Below, in pieces: positions 37,001-46,000 of a DNA stretch of 64,000 nucleotides. Where the stretch lies: assembly GCA_964106915.2 (NCBI GenBank), contig OZ066914.1. One strand, written 5' to 3'. A program made the position numbers and the translations under genes. This stretch comes from Podarcis gaigeae (Eukaryota). The notes under the pieces are model-generated. The model was given only the letters and a program-made list of their open reading frames with translations. It was not told the origin of the DNA and did not search any database. The stretch's first letter is position 1. Each line of letters begins with the position of its first letter.

Positions 37001-37431
37001 TTAATAATGAGGGAGATGGATGCATCTCACCTAGGAGGGTATTCCATAAAGCCGGAGCCACCACTCAGAAGGCCCTGTCTTGAGTAAGTGCCAACTGGGC
37101 ACCAACCAGTTATGGCAGCACTACTCCCAAGCTGATTGTAAGGTCCAAGGCGATTGATACCCTCCCCTGCCCTGAGCAAAATAATGGCTGCTGCCTTGAG
37201 AGCTGTCTCCTTTGTATTCTAGGGGGCCCTCATGCTAATCCTTTGCATTTCCTCCTCCAGAGCGATCCAGAGTTGGTGCAATGGAAGAAGGAGCTGCGTG
37301 AAGCCTACCAGGAAGCCCAGCAGCTGCTGCAGAGGGTGCCCAAAATGAAACACAAGCCGCGCTCTCCGGTGGTGGAGCTCAGCAAGGTCCCTCTGCTCCA
37401 GCGCAGCAGCAGCAGCACCAACGGCCTCTGA
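1735..37431 (+). CDS. GRK2: G protein-coupled receptor kinase 2 (beta-adrenergic receptor kinase 1), full spliced CDS span, 21 exons, 2076 nt, 691 aa
   Basis: Joined GT-AG exons translate [19 protein letters not shown]...RH domain...[31 protein letters not shown]...PH domain...NGL*. GRK2-type rather than GRK3-type residues ([36 protein letters not shown]). Neighbours are ANKRD13D and SSH3. Confidence 0.98.
4826..4954. mobile_element. Short palindromic hAT-like MITE (ACTACAACTCCCA...TGGGAGTTGTAGT family)
   Basis: Family core recurs throughout the window; imperfect 8-bp TSD. Confidence 0.7.
8620..8911. mobile_element. Two adjacent copies of the palindromic hAT-like MITE
   Basis: GGACTACAGCTCCCATCATCCCT...AGGGATGATGGAAGTTGTAGTCC internal palindrome; boundaries approximate. 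Confidence 0.7.
9837..9899 (+). repeat. Compound (CT)n(GT)n microsatellite
   Basis: Read directly from the sequence. Confidence 0.95.
10679..10811. mobile_element. Palindromic hAT-like MITE just upstream of GRK2 exon 2
   Basis: Same family core (GATGATGGGAACTGGAGTCC), CAGG...CCTG termini. Confidence 0.65.
10884..10960 (+). CDS. GRK2: GRK2 exon 2 (77 nt)
   Basis: cag|TATC; [25 protein letters not shown]; donor GTGAGT. Confidence 0.96.
12632..12887. mobile_element. hAT-family MITE, 256 bp
   Basis: TIRs CACTGGTTCCCA/TGGGAACCACTG and perfect 8-bp TSD CTCTAGAG on both sides. Confidence 0.85.
14848..14921 (+). CDS. GRK2: GRK2 exon 3 (74 nt)
   Basis: [25 protein letters not shown]; AG/GT flanks. 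Confidence 0.96.
15953..16054 (+). CDS. GRK2: GRK2 exon 4 (102 nt)
   Basis: [34 protein letters not shown], including Galpha-q-binding R106/D110; AG/GT flanks. Confidence 0.96.
18009..18259. mobile_element. Tc1/mariner (pogo/Tigger-like) MITE, 251 bp
   Basis: Perfect 18-bp TIRs CAGTGGTACCTTGGTTTA/TAAACCAAGGTACCACTG with TA target-site duplications. Confidence 0.88.
18529..18603 (+). CDS. GRK2: GRK2 exon 5 (75 nt)
   Basis: [25 protein letters not shown]; AG/GT flanks. Confidence 0.96.
18977..19038 (+). CDS. GRK2: GRK2 exon 6 (62 nt)
   Basis: [20 protein letters not shown]; AG/GT flanks. Confidence 0.96.
19606..19657 (+). CDS. GRK2: GRK2 exon 7 (52 nt)
   Basis: [18 protein letters not shown]; AG/GT flanks. 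Confidence 0.96.
20331..20422 (+). CDS. GRK2: GRK2 exon 8 (92 nt), kinase P-loop
   Basis: [30 protein letters not shown]. Confidence 0.97.
21138..21487. mobile_element. MITE with 14-bp TIRs, containing a second nested MITE (21211-21424)
   Basis: Outer GGGCTAGATCCAGA/TCTGGATCTAGCCC; inner GGGCTCATCCAGACTTC/GAAGTGTGGACAAGCCC with a long internal inverted repeat. Confidence 0.75.
21967..22066 (+). CDS. GRK2: GRK2 exon 9 (100 nt), catalytic Lys
   Basis: [33 protein letters not shown]. Confidence 0.97.
22979..23057 (+). CDS. GRK2: GRK2 exon 10 (79 nt)
   Basis: [26 protein letters not shown]. Confidence 0.97.
23227..23357 (+). CDS. GRK2: GRK2 exon 11 (131 nt)
   Basis: [43 protein letters not shown]. 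Confidence 0.97.
23495..23725 (-). mobile_element. MIR/CORE-like SINE remnant with embedded (GA)n
   Basis: CACAGCAACTCTGTGAGGTAG...CCAAGGTCACCCAGCAAACTTCATGGC...GGGATTTGAAC; boundaries approximate. Confidence 0.6.
24455..24549 (+). CDS. GRK2: GRK2 exon 12 (95 nt)
   Basis: [31 protein letters not shown]. Confidence 0.97.
25375..25482 (+). CDS. GRK2: GRK2 exon 13 (108 nt)
   Basis: [35 protein letters not shown]. Confidence 0.97.
25735..25801 (+). CDS. GRK2: GRK2 exon 14 (67 nt)
   Basis: [22 protein letters not shown]. Confidence 0.97.
27053..27375. mobile_element. Non-autonomous DNA transposon
   Basis: Termini CAGTGGCG.../...CGCCACTG. Confidence 0.6.
27374..27448 (+). repeat. Compound (TG)n(GA)n microsatellite
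   Basis: Read directly from the sequence. Confidence 0.95.
28109..28209 (+). CDS. GRK2: GRK2 exon 15 (101 nt)
   Basis: [33 protein letters not shown]. Confidence 0.97.
30306..30372 (+). CDS. GRK2: GRK2 exon 16 (67 nt)
   Basis: [22 protein letters not shown]. Confidence 0.97.
30437..30753 (-). mobile_element. CR1 LINE 3' fragment
   Basis: ATCATAGAGTTGGAAGGGACC...GTCATCTAGTCCAAC...CTGTTCCACTGTTGAACAGCTCTTAC, typical squamate CR1 3' end in reverse. Confidence 0.85.
30835..30930 (+). CDS. GRK2: GRK2 exon 17 (96 nt), AGC C-tail
   Basis: [32 protein letters not shown]. Confidence 0.97.
31020..31063 (+). repeat. (AAT)n microsatellite
   Basis: Read directly from the sequence. Confidence 0.95.
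31960..32225 (-). mobile_element. L2-type LINE ORF2 C-terminal fragment
   Basis: Minus-strand translation [29 protein letters not shown] resembles the L2 RAFSVAAPxLWNxLP motif. Confidence 0.75.
32644..32806 (+). CDS. GRK2: GRK2 exon 18 (163 nt)
   Basis: [54 protein letters not shown]. Confidence 0.97.
33116..33252 (+). CDS. GRK2: GRK2 exon 19 (137 nt), PH domain
   Basis: [46 protein letters not shown]. Confidence 0.97.
33525..33638 (+). CDS. GRK2: GRK2 exon 20 (114 nt), PH domain
   Basis: [38 protein letters not shown]; CAGCAG acceptor. Confidence 0.96.
33977..34334 (+). mobile_element. Sauria SINE (Podarcis POM-like), near full length
   Basis: tRNA-derived head with B-box GGTTCGAATCC, body AAGTGCAAGTAGATAAATAGGTAC...GCTGGCCACATGACCCGG, and (ACCTTT)n tail. 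Confidence 0.9.
34395..35230 (-). mobile_element. Degenerate L2 fragment interrupted by a mariner MITE
   Basis: Minus-strand [11 protein letters not shown] motif after the MITE and a degenerate LWNSL motif before it; boundaries approximate. Confidence 0.6.
34566..34790. mobile_element. Tc1/mariner MITE related to 18009-18259, inserted in an L2 fragment
   Basis: TIRs (T)AGTGGTACCTC...GAGGTACCACAG, TA flanks, internal GGTTACAAAC repeats. Confidence 0.85.
36965..37150 (-). mobile_element. L2-type fragment
   Basis: GGAGGGTATTCCATAAAGCCGGAGCCACCACTCAGAAGGCCC is [11 protein letters not shown] on the minus strand. Confidence 0.6.
37261..37431 (+). CDS. GRK2: GRK2 exon 21, coding part (171 nt incl. 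TGA)
   Basis: [56 protein letters not shown]. Confidence 0.97.
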   Translation, partial: SDPELVQWKKELREAYQEAQQLLQRVPKMKHKPRSPVVELSKVPLLQRSSSSTNGL

Positions 37432-39365
37432 CCCTCCTTGACTTCCTCTCCCATCCTTAATTTATTTGGCTGGGTTTGTCCACCATCCCTACCCTCTCTC
37501 CTGTCTCCTTTCGCTGATCATTGTGATGTCCACCCCAGCCCCCTGGGGTATTATAGTGAGGGGGTGGGGCATCCAGAAGGTGTGGGACAGACTTCCCTCT
37601 CCCCATCCCCCAGCACAGGGGGACCAATACCCATTTGAAGGGAAGGAGCCTGGTTGGCAAGGTGGATGAGCGTCTACCCCACCCCCCTGCCCCCCATGAA
37701 GGAAAGTTGGGATTAAAGCCCTGCCTCTAAATAGGACCAATGGAAGGAGATGCCCTGAGGTGTGCCACACATCTTGTGTCCTCCCTGCTTCCTCCCCTGT
37801 GGCTGCCAGACATGCGCTAGCGCACTCACGAGAGAGCCTGCTGGCTTAGGCCTTGCTCCCCATGGAGTGGCTGGCAGGGCATGTCCTCTCAGGTGAGTGA
37901 GTCCCTTCACACCAGCTGAGGTGAAGAGACACATCGGCACAACAACCCATGTTCCCAGCCCCTTTTCTTTCCAGCGCCAGGCTCTGGCATACGCTTCCAC
38001 AGCAGGCCCCCTGCAGAAAGGGCGCCCTGGTTCTGGCGTAGATCGGATAGCTCAAAAGAGTGTATTTTCCGCCGCCCGTCACTCACAGAATATCGGCTAG
38101 GCAGCCACTGTGCCATAAGCAATCCCCTTCAGCATTGGCTGGGTTTGCACTCTAGAGTGTGATAAGGAATTGCCTTGAAACTCTTACACTGTAACGAAAA
38201 TGTCTAACAAAAAAATGAAGGCTTGCTCCTGTTCTGTTCTCTTCCCTTCCTCCCTGAGTTCACGTCCTGAATCCTTCCCTACCACCCTCTTCTGGTCCCG
38301 CCAATTGCCATTCCAAATCCTGAATTCCTGACCTGGGGCAGCGGCTGCTGCTGCTGCTCTTGCTGCCGCCTCAGAGTTGTGGCTTGCCCTCTGCCTCTTG
38401 CCACCCTGCTCTCCCAGGCATTCTCTTATCAACTGTGCCAAATTTCAAGATTATTGTTGTGCCCTTCCCAGTTGGCCCCGTGGAGTCTGCAAAAGTCGTA
38501 CTCCCTGGGGCTGAATCTGGACAAGCTCCTTGCGTTTGGCTTGCCCAGTCTCTGTACTATTGCCTCTGAATCTTCTCCTTGGAATGGGATGAGAACTGCC
38601 TCTTGCTCTGCTGTCTCTACTGCCAAATGCCCATCTTGCTTTGCTGTGGAAAGAGGGGAGGGGCAGCAGGTTTCATGCCAAAAGAGATTTCTGAGCTGCC
38701 TGGCCCCTCTGCTCTCAGGGCCTCTCTGGGCTGAGCCTGGAGTGGGGGGGGGGGTGCGGTCACTGGAAGCTCGGCCTGGATGAGGCCCTGTGCCAAGTCC
38801 CAAGTGTCTGAAGGATTCTGTAAATATCTTTGTGCCAAGGGGGGGCCTGGCTGGGTGTGGAAAAACTAGGCCCATTCTGCCCCTCCCTTCCAGTATCCCT
38901 CTGTATTAACAGCTCCCCCCACCCACCACCTCCCCTTCCCCTAGCAGTGTTACGGTTTCTCCCACAGGATGGGGAGAAATATCAGGTTGAATTGACCCTA
39001 TATCCCTCCTCCTCCTCTTCCCTCCATCTGCGGTTTAACAGAGGGGTTAAGGGTAGATGGCTTTCGGTTGGGGATCAGGTCTCTCATCCCCATGGTGTCA
39101 TGCCCCAAGCGCATGCGATTGCCTCTGCTGCATGCCCCCCCCACTCCGCCTCATGTGATGAGTTTTTGCCTGTTCTGCTACATGGCTCCCACATTCCTCC
39201 CAAGGCGATTGGCCCTGGGAGGGGGAGGGGTAGAGCGGGAGCCCCCCTTTCCCTGCAGTGTTTGTAAATATTGATCTCTGGTTTGTCTCTCTGGGTTATT
39301 ATTATGGATTTTTTGCCGATTTTTGAATGTGATTTTAATGAGTGGGATAAAAAGACTGTTTTTAT

Positions 39366-39371
39366 AATAAA
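39366..39371 (+). terminator. Probable GRK2 polyadenylation signal (3' UTR about 1.95 kb)
   Basis: AATAAA at the end of a U-rich block; the first canonical hexamer I found after the stop. Confidence 0.7.
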
Positions 39372-39728
39372 AAAAATCCAAAACCCACAAAGCTTAGAAA
39401 AACGCAAGCTCTTCTGTGGCTCTCGGCACCAGAATGCGTAAAACGTGTCGCTGACGTAGACTGAGTTGGGCTGTTGGCTCAGGGTTGTCTACTCCAGCTT
39501 TTCCAAAGCTGGTATCCAATCCAGGTGTTTTAAGAATACAGCCTCCATTAGCCCCAGTCAACAAGACCAAATGTCACAGATAGTGGGAGCTGTAGCCCAC
39601 CAGGTTGGGGAAGGCTGGTCTATGGCAGAATCCAGCCCCAAGGCTATGGAGACTGAAGCTGGGACCATAGGCATGCAGATTGTGTGTTTTCCATGGTGAT
39701 ATGGGTGCTCCGTTTCCTTTCTCTGGAG

Positions 39729-39866
39729 CAAGGATGAGAAATTTTTGGTCTTCCAGGTGTTGCTAAACTACATCTCCCATCAGCCCCCGTCAGCATGGCC
39801 ATTAGTCAAGGCTGATGGGAACTGTAGTTCAGTAACATCTGGCGGAGCAAAGTTTCCTCACCCCTG
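39729..39866. mobile_element. Palindromic hAT-like MITE
   Basis: ACTACATCTCCCATCAGCC...GGCTGATGGGAACTGTAGT; imperfect TSD CTCTGGAG/CTCTAAAT. Confidence 0.7.
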
Positions 39867-41879
39867 CTCTAAATTGAAGCATCCATTTAGGAATCTATGG
39901 TAGGAAGCACACAAATATGTCCAGAAATTCTTGCATTATAATATAGTAGTTCACCAACCAACTCTCTCCTATGGTCTCAAGCTCCAATGTAATATAGTGC
40001 ATCACTAACAAACCAAGTCCTTCTGCTGTCCCCATAGGATAAACAACGTGGTGGGAGAACATTTCTGATATCCTCAATATTGCCATGCTTCACAAAAAAA
40101 AAGGTTTCTAAGTCATACTCCAGCATAAAATAGCTAAATTAGAATTTATCATCAAATTCAGTTCTGTTCAATTTGGACCTAATGGGGTCTGTGGATCTCC
40201 CCTGCAAACATCCTATGGAAGTGCTGAATTAGCATTGCATAGTAAATGATTCATGCCCCACTCTTCCCATAGAACCCATATGGGGGGTTTCATGAACTAC
40301 AAAAACTCTCAAAAAGAAGAAAACAACACACCTTAAAAACACTAGCATCAATAAACAGCAAAGAAAGATCAATAGGATTATAGTGACTGCTGCTGAGAGT
40401 ACACCAGTCTGTGCTTATCTTGTATACATTTGAGCTCTGCACAAAAACGTCACAGACCTGCTGCAGCCCTTTGCATTTTATAGCCTCTTGGACCCACTGT
40501 TTACATTTCCCCCTCTACAGCTCTGTGCATGTATATATTATCTGTCAACTGAGGATAACACTTCATGCATCTGATGTTGTGCGTGCTAGTTCATGAAAGC
40601 TTCTGCCACAACAAATCATTCTTGAAGGTGCCACAAGACTTGCTTGTTTCTGATACAAGAGTCTCAATGAACTTACCAAAACAAACTGAGCACAGCTGGG
40701 CTGGAGCTTAGCACAACAGCTGGAATACTTTTCTCTCCATAAAAGACCTTCATGGCCAGTGGAATTCCATTTCCCCATCCCTCTTAACAATATTTAATAG
40801 CATCTGTTTGAGGCAGAAGTGTAATGGGGAGCTTTTCACAATCTAAAGGAAGCCATGTTGGAGTAAGCTTCCCTGTTGAATTTTTGCCCATCACATAACT
40901 CTTAAAAGCCAATGGAACCCCTCTCTGTCAAAAATGGAGAGAAAGACAGGCTGGGGTGTATGACTGGAGGTGGAGGGTTTATGATTCACAGAGCACGTTT
41001 CTTGACTCTTGAGAAGGAATAGTAACCTTTCCAAAGGAAAGGTTGCCTTGTGTTTTAAAGGTGCCTCCTCTACACTTCCTGTGCTACATTTTTTTTAGGC
41101 CTAGTCATGGAAGGCCTGTTTACTCTATGACAGGTGAAAACAAATTCAGGTTTAACTGGGTGCCAACTACTTTGTTACTTCAACCACTGAACAAGTCTGT
41201 AACAAGGCAACACTTCCCCAAGCAGGGAGAGAGCAGGTCCTGCATGTGAAACGGAGCCATTCCTGAAAGACTGTTAGTGCAATAATCATATCCATGTCTA
41301 CTCAGAATTAAGCGTCACTGAGCTGAATAAGATTTACTCCCGGGGGTATATTGGATGACCAGTACCTGTGACCTAATACCCACTAAACACAGAGGGACTC
41401 ATTTCTGAATGCGCATGTCAAGGAATGTGTTTTTAGAAATGATTTCCCAGTCCTATATCCTTCTGGCTTGAAAGATGAATACACAAAACAACTTTAAATA
41501 AAAAGCAGCGGATAGTCCATATTTAGGACTGGTAGGATAGAATTTAATTTCTAGAATGAGTTGTGTGAGGTTCAAGAAGCTTGGCTGGAATCCTGGTTGT
41601 TTCTACTCAGTAGAGAAAGGTGCACTCAGCATATGCTTAGGTGCACTAGTTTATTGAACCACATTTCACAGCTGAGCCCTGCCAAGGCAAACAGCGTAGG
41701 AGGCAGCTCCAGGTTTCAGCTCGCCACTAACCAGAAGCCACCCGCAACGCCTGGTGCGATTCTTATTTCCCTGAATAATAAAAGATGCAAGGGGAAGAAG
41801 GCTCTCTAACTGAACATGATCCTACATATATCTCTACTCAGAAGTAAACTCGGCAGAGCTTAATAGGCCCCAAACCAAT

Positions 41880-42095
41880 GGATTCAAGTTGCAAGAAAGG
41901 AGATTTTGACTAAACACGAGGAAGAACTTGCGGACAGTAAAAGGTGTTCGGACTCCAGGCGAGGTGGTAGACTCGCCTTCCTCGGGAGGTTTTTAAGCAG
42001 AGCTTGGATGGCCACCAGTCACGTATGATCTAGCTGAGATTCCTGCACTGCAGGGGGCTGGACTAGATGACCCTTGGGATCCCTTCCAGTTCCTC
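41880..42095 (+). mobile_element. CR1 3' fragment at the edge of the ANKRD13D promoter
   Basis: GAGGTTTTTAAGCAGAG...GGACTAGATGACCCTTGGGATCCCTTCCAG. Confidence 0.75.
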
Positions 42096-42099
42096 TCGG

Positions 42100-43020
42100 G
42101 TGAATGGATATCTGATTGCAGCCTCAGCCTTCCCGTCCGCCCCCAGCAAGCAAGCGGAGCCAAGCCGGCCCAATCGCCCACCCTTCCGGGGACTGAGGAC
42201 CCAGAGGAGGCCGTGGCTCCTGCTGCCGGGGGCTGCAATTTCGCCTCCGCCCGCTTCCCCTGGCGGCTGACGAGGGAGGCAGGCTGCCCAAGGCGACCGG
42301 CTCCGCTCCCTCCCGCTGCCGGTGGTGACGCAAGGGGTGTTGCCTGTCCTCGACGCCCAGAGCGTGGCCCTCTCGCGTGGGCTGGAGCGGGGAGCGAGCG
42401 AGGCCGGAAAAGTGCCTGGGCCAGCTTTCCGCGCCCCTGCCGCCGCTGTCTCCTCCCTGCGCCCCGCAGGCCCGCCCCTTCTCCCCCAGCCCCGCCGCTC
42501 CCTGGCTCTGGGTCGGCCCCGGGAGCCGCAGCGAGCGAACCCCGGCCAGGCCGCGCGTGCGCCCCGCCGTCCCTCCCTCTCCGCCTGCCTGCCTGCCTCT
42601 CCTCCCGGGAGCGCAGCCGCCGCCACCGTCGCAGCGGGGCCCAGCGCGAAACCGAGCAGGAGGGAAAGCGCCGCCGCCGCCGCCGCCACCCGGAAAGGCC
42701 TCGGGCAGAGAGGGATCGGAGCAGAGACCCGGCCGGGCGCGGGGACATGGTGACGGGATGGCCCGCATCACAGACGCCTTCCCCCTGCACCTGCTCGTCT
42801 GGCACAACCGGCACCAGGCGCTGGACAGCGAGCTGCGCAAGGGACAGGTACGGGGGAGCCCCTCAACACCCCCCCAATCTCCTAAGACTCCTTCCTTCCT
42901 TAACCCCGCATTCCAGGTCGCCCCTTCCAGCCGGAGTTGGAGATCTGGCAGCCAGGGAGGGGGGTGTGATGTGGGATCCTTCCAAGATGGTCCCAGCCCT
43001 TCGCCCCCCCCCCCCCCGTT
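42100..43020. promoter_or_regulatory. CpG island: ANKRD13D promoter and exon 1
   Basis: Dense CpG, CCAAT, CTTCCGG/CCGGAA ETS-type motifs and GC boxes; boundaries approximate. Confidence 0.85.
42758..42847 (+). CDS. ANKRD13D: ANKRD13D coding exon 1 (90 nt)
   Basis: gggATGg; [30 protein letters not shown]; donor CAG|GTACGG. Confidence 0.93.
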
Positions 43021-46000
43021 GGTAGCCCTGCTGCTGCTGATGCCACTGGGAGGGAGAATGAACAAGGGCCAGATACTGGCACCTAGTATATCTGACTGCT
43101 CCTAACCTAGGTTTGTTCCATCTGCATCCTGTTAAACCTGCCACATCCAGTTAACTGCCCCCCCTTCCCAGCCACGCCACACACACAAGCAGGAAAACTG
43201 CCCAAGGGGCATCTCTTGACCCCCCCAGTCGTGATAGCATCATCACCTTTCCCCCACCTTTGTAATGCTCCTGGTCCCCTCTCTCCATTCCTTCTCTTTG
43301 TACCTCTAGATTGTAACTCTTTCCTCCTCACCCCAGCCGAACTGGTGGTTTCAGAATAGCTGTATAGATGTTTGATGATTCTTTTGGGCTGGGAATCCCC
43401 AACCTCATAATTCCTCATCAGACTTGGCAGTTGAAGCTTTGAAGCAAACAGCAATCCTCATTTGAGGCCATCTGTTTGGAATCCCAGAATCCACAGCTCC
43501 TTCGTCTTAGGCCCCCTCATAGTGATTTGGGCACATGAGGGCAAGACACACGAGGGATTAGCACACTCAGTTGGATCTGAAGGGTGCCGTGATACTCAGT
43601 CCCATAACATCCTCTAGCAATCGAGGCCTAGTGTTTTGTTTTGTTTTTATTTTAAAAAAACAACCTTCCTGTGGTGGCTTCATGTTTAGTGCACTGATAG
43701 CCACCATTTTGGAAAAGAGAAAAAGGGAGAAAGGCAAAATAATCCTTAAAGATTGATGTGCGTGTGCACAGCTGGTATGGGTCTCTTTTAAAAATTCAAT
43801 TCAATTATCAGAGCCTCCAAGCAAGTGCCAGCTCTAGCACCCTGTTGCATTGGAGAGGGGAAATTCACAGGGTTTCCTTCCTGCCTGCCCCTATGGACCA
43901 CAGCTGAGCACTGGACTGGGCTGAGCATCTATACTTTAAAAAACTCTTGGTTCTCCCACCTAGAGTTAGAACCAAGAGAACAGAGTCATTAGAATACCTG
44001 TATGGGAGAAGACTGACAGGAAGAGTTCTGCCTGGCAACTGATTTGGAACCGGGAGAAATGCAGACCAGGGAGCATGGCTTAAAAGAAGACTGGGCTGGA
44101 GATAACTGATAGTACCTGAGATAATGATGGTTCCCATTTCTTGTTTTGGAAGGGGGAAACGGAGAATGAACTGACTTACAGATTTAGGGGGATGACTTTT
44201 GGGAGGATCTCAAAAAGAAAGGAATTTGGGGCAGAGGTTTGGTCAGCCGAATGTTTCTGGAATCTAATTACATAGGGCACTCCGGTGATGGCCTTGTTGT
44301 CAGTCCCTAACAGCTGATACTCAGAGGTATGTTACCTTTGAAGAGGGAGGTTCTATTTAATTTGGTGGTTGAGGCTAGTAGCTGTTGACAAACCTGTCCT
44401 CTGTGAATTTATCAAATCCTTTTTGAAACTAAGTTAAGCTAGTGGCCATCAACATACCTCACAGCAGTGAATTCCATGAGTTAATTACCCCTTGAGTGAC
44501 AAAGTATCTGAATTTGCTTTTATCTTGTTTCTAAAAAATCATGGGCAGTCTGGGAAAGGTGGGAGAGGAACGATTCAGAGTATGGCATACAGTGGCATCA
44601 CAACAAAAGTTGGGTCAGGGCAGATATTTGGAAGGAAATGGTGTGGAGGGTTTGGGGCTCTGCCTTGTGTTCAATTTGGCTAGGTCACTTGTCTCTCAGT
44701 CTCACCAGTTCTCCTTCTGTAAAATGGATGTTGCAGTATGTTGAATATTGTGGTGCTTCCATCAAATTACAGCTTTCAGAGTGGGTGTTGGGTGGATGGA
44801 GCTTTGAGTGGATGGAGCCTAGGCAAGGGAATGGCTTGGCAGGGTGGGCAGATTTGTAACATCCTGAATTTCTGAAGGTATCGGCTGCTGTTACATCTTT
44901 TTTGCAGATCCTTTAGGATGCTCAGCCACCCTGCACATGACTTACCTTGGTGGTAGAAGAAATAACATTCTGACTATTTTCAAATATACTCTTGTGGTCA
45001 ACTAGTCTGCAAGTGGAGTGAAAATAGGCCCAGCTTATGTAGGATATAAGAGACTCTGGGCTGTTCCAGGTAACACAGAAGGATTCTGGAGCTATGATAG
45101 AACTCTGCAGCAAGCACTCCCATTGTTGGTGAATTGCTGGTAATCAGCTGTTAAAAAATGTGATTCTTAGCCCCAGTGCTTGAAGCGATTACACTACCCT
45201 CAGCATAAGGAAGGTGCCCATGACATCTGCACAAAGCACTACAGCCCTGTCTCCTGATCCATTTTTATTATCCATCCCTCAAAAGCGTATTTACTTGTGG
45301 GTTTGTTTTTTGTTTCTTTTCTTTAATTCATAAGCCGTGTACTCTCCTTCTGTAGCACTTGAGTGCACTCTCCTTACAATTAAAAACAAAACAGGTTGTT
45401 TCACAATATAGCTGGGCTAGTCCCTATTCTGTTCTATCATGTGGGGACAAAGGCCTTTGTGGTGAATGGCCCCTTCTAATTGCATCTTGGAACAAGGCAG
45501 CATTTGCCATTGCAAAGTAGGTCCTTTCATCAGAAAGCCAAGACACAACATTAATTGATTTCCATACATACTTAGATTTTCCCCCACTTTTCAAGCAATC
45601 AAGAGTCTCCCAAAGTGGTTCAAAAACAGAGTCAGGCCCTGCCAGCAGCTTGCAAACTGAAAAGACGAGACACATAAGGAAAGGGAAGTGGAGTGGGAGA
45701 GAGATCAGTCCTTCCAGGCCATAACAAAGTGGGGAGCTATAAGAGAGGGCATTTATGCTCAGTGGAGACCAGGGTAGGTAACCTTCCCTTGCTCATGTTC
45801 TCACTTGAATAGGAATTGTTGGCTCCAGCTCCTTTGACCAATGGGTGGGGCAAGCGCTTCAAACTTCTCCCTTTTGATTCTACAGTCCTGGGGGGAGTTG
45901 AAGCTGAGTAGGAAGGGGGGAGGTGAGTTCCATGTAGCCTGATGGTTCTCTGGCTGGTGGTTGGGGCCAGGTTGGTCTCCTTGCCATGATATTCTTCCTT

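Noticed and set aside
1735-37431. Calling the kinase GRK3
   Set aside because: Diagnostic residues, C-terminus and neighbouring genes indicate GRK2
41993-43105. Long overlapping ORFs on both strands (208-313 aa)
   Set aside because: Stop-poor GC-rich CpG island giving R/G/P/A low-complexity products; only 42758-42847 is ANKRD13D coding
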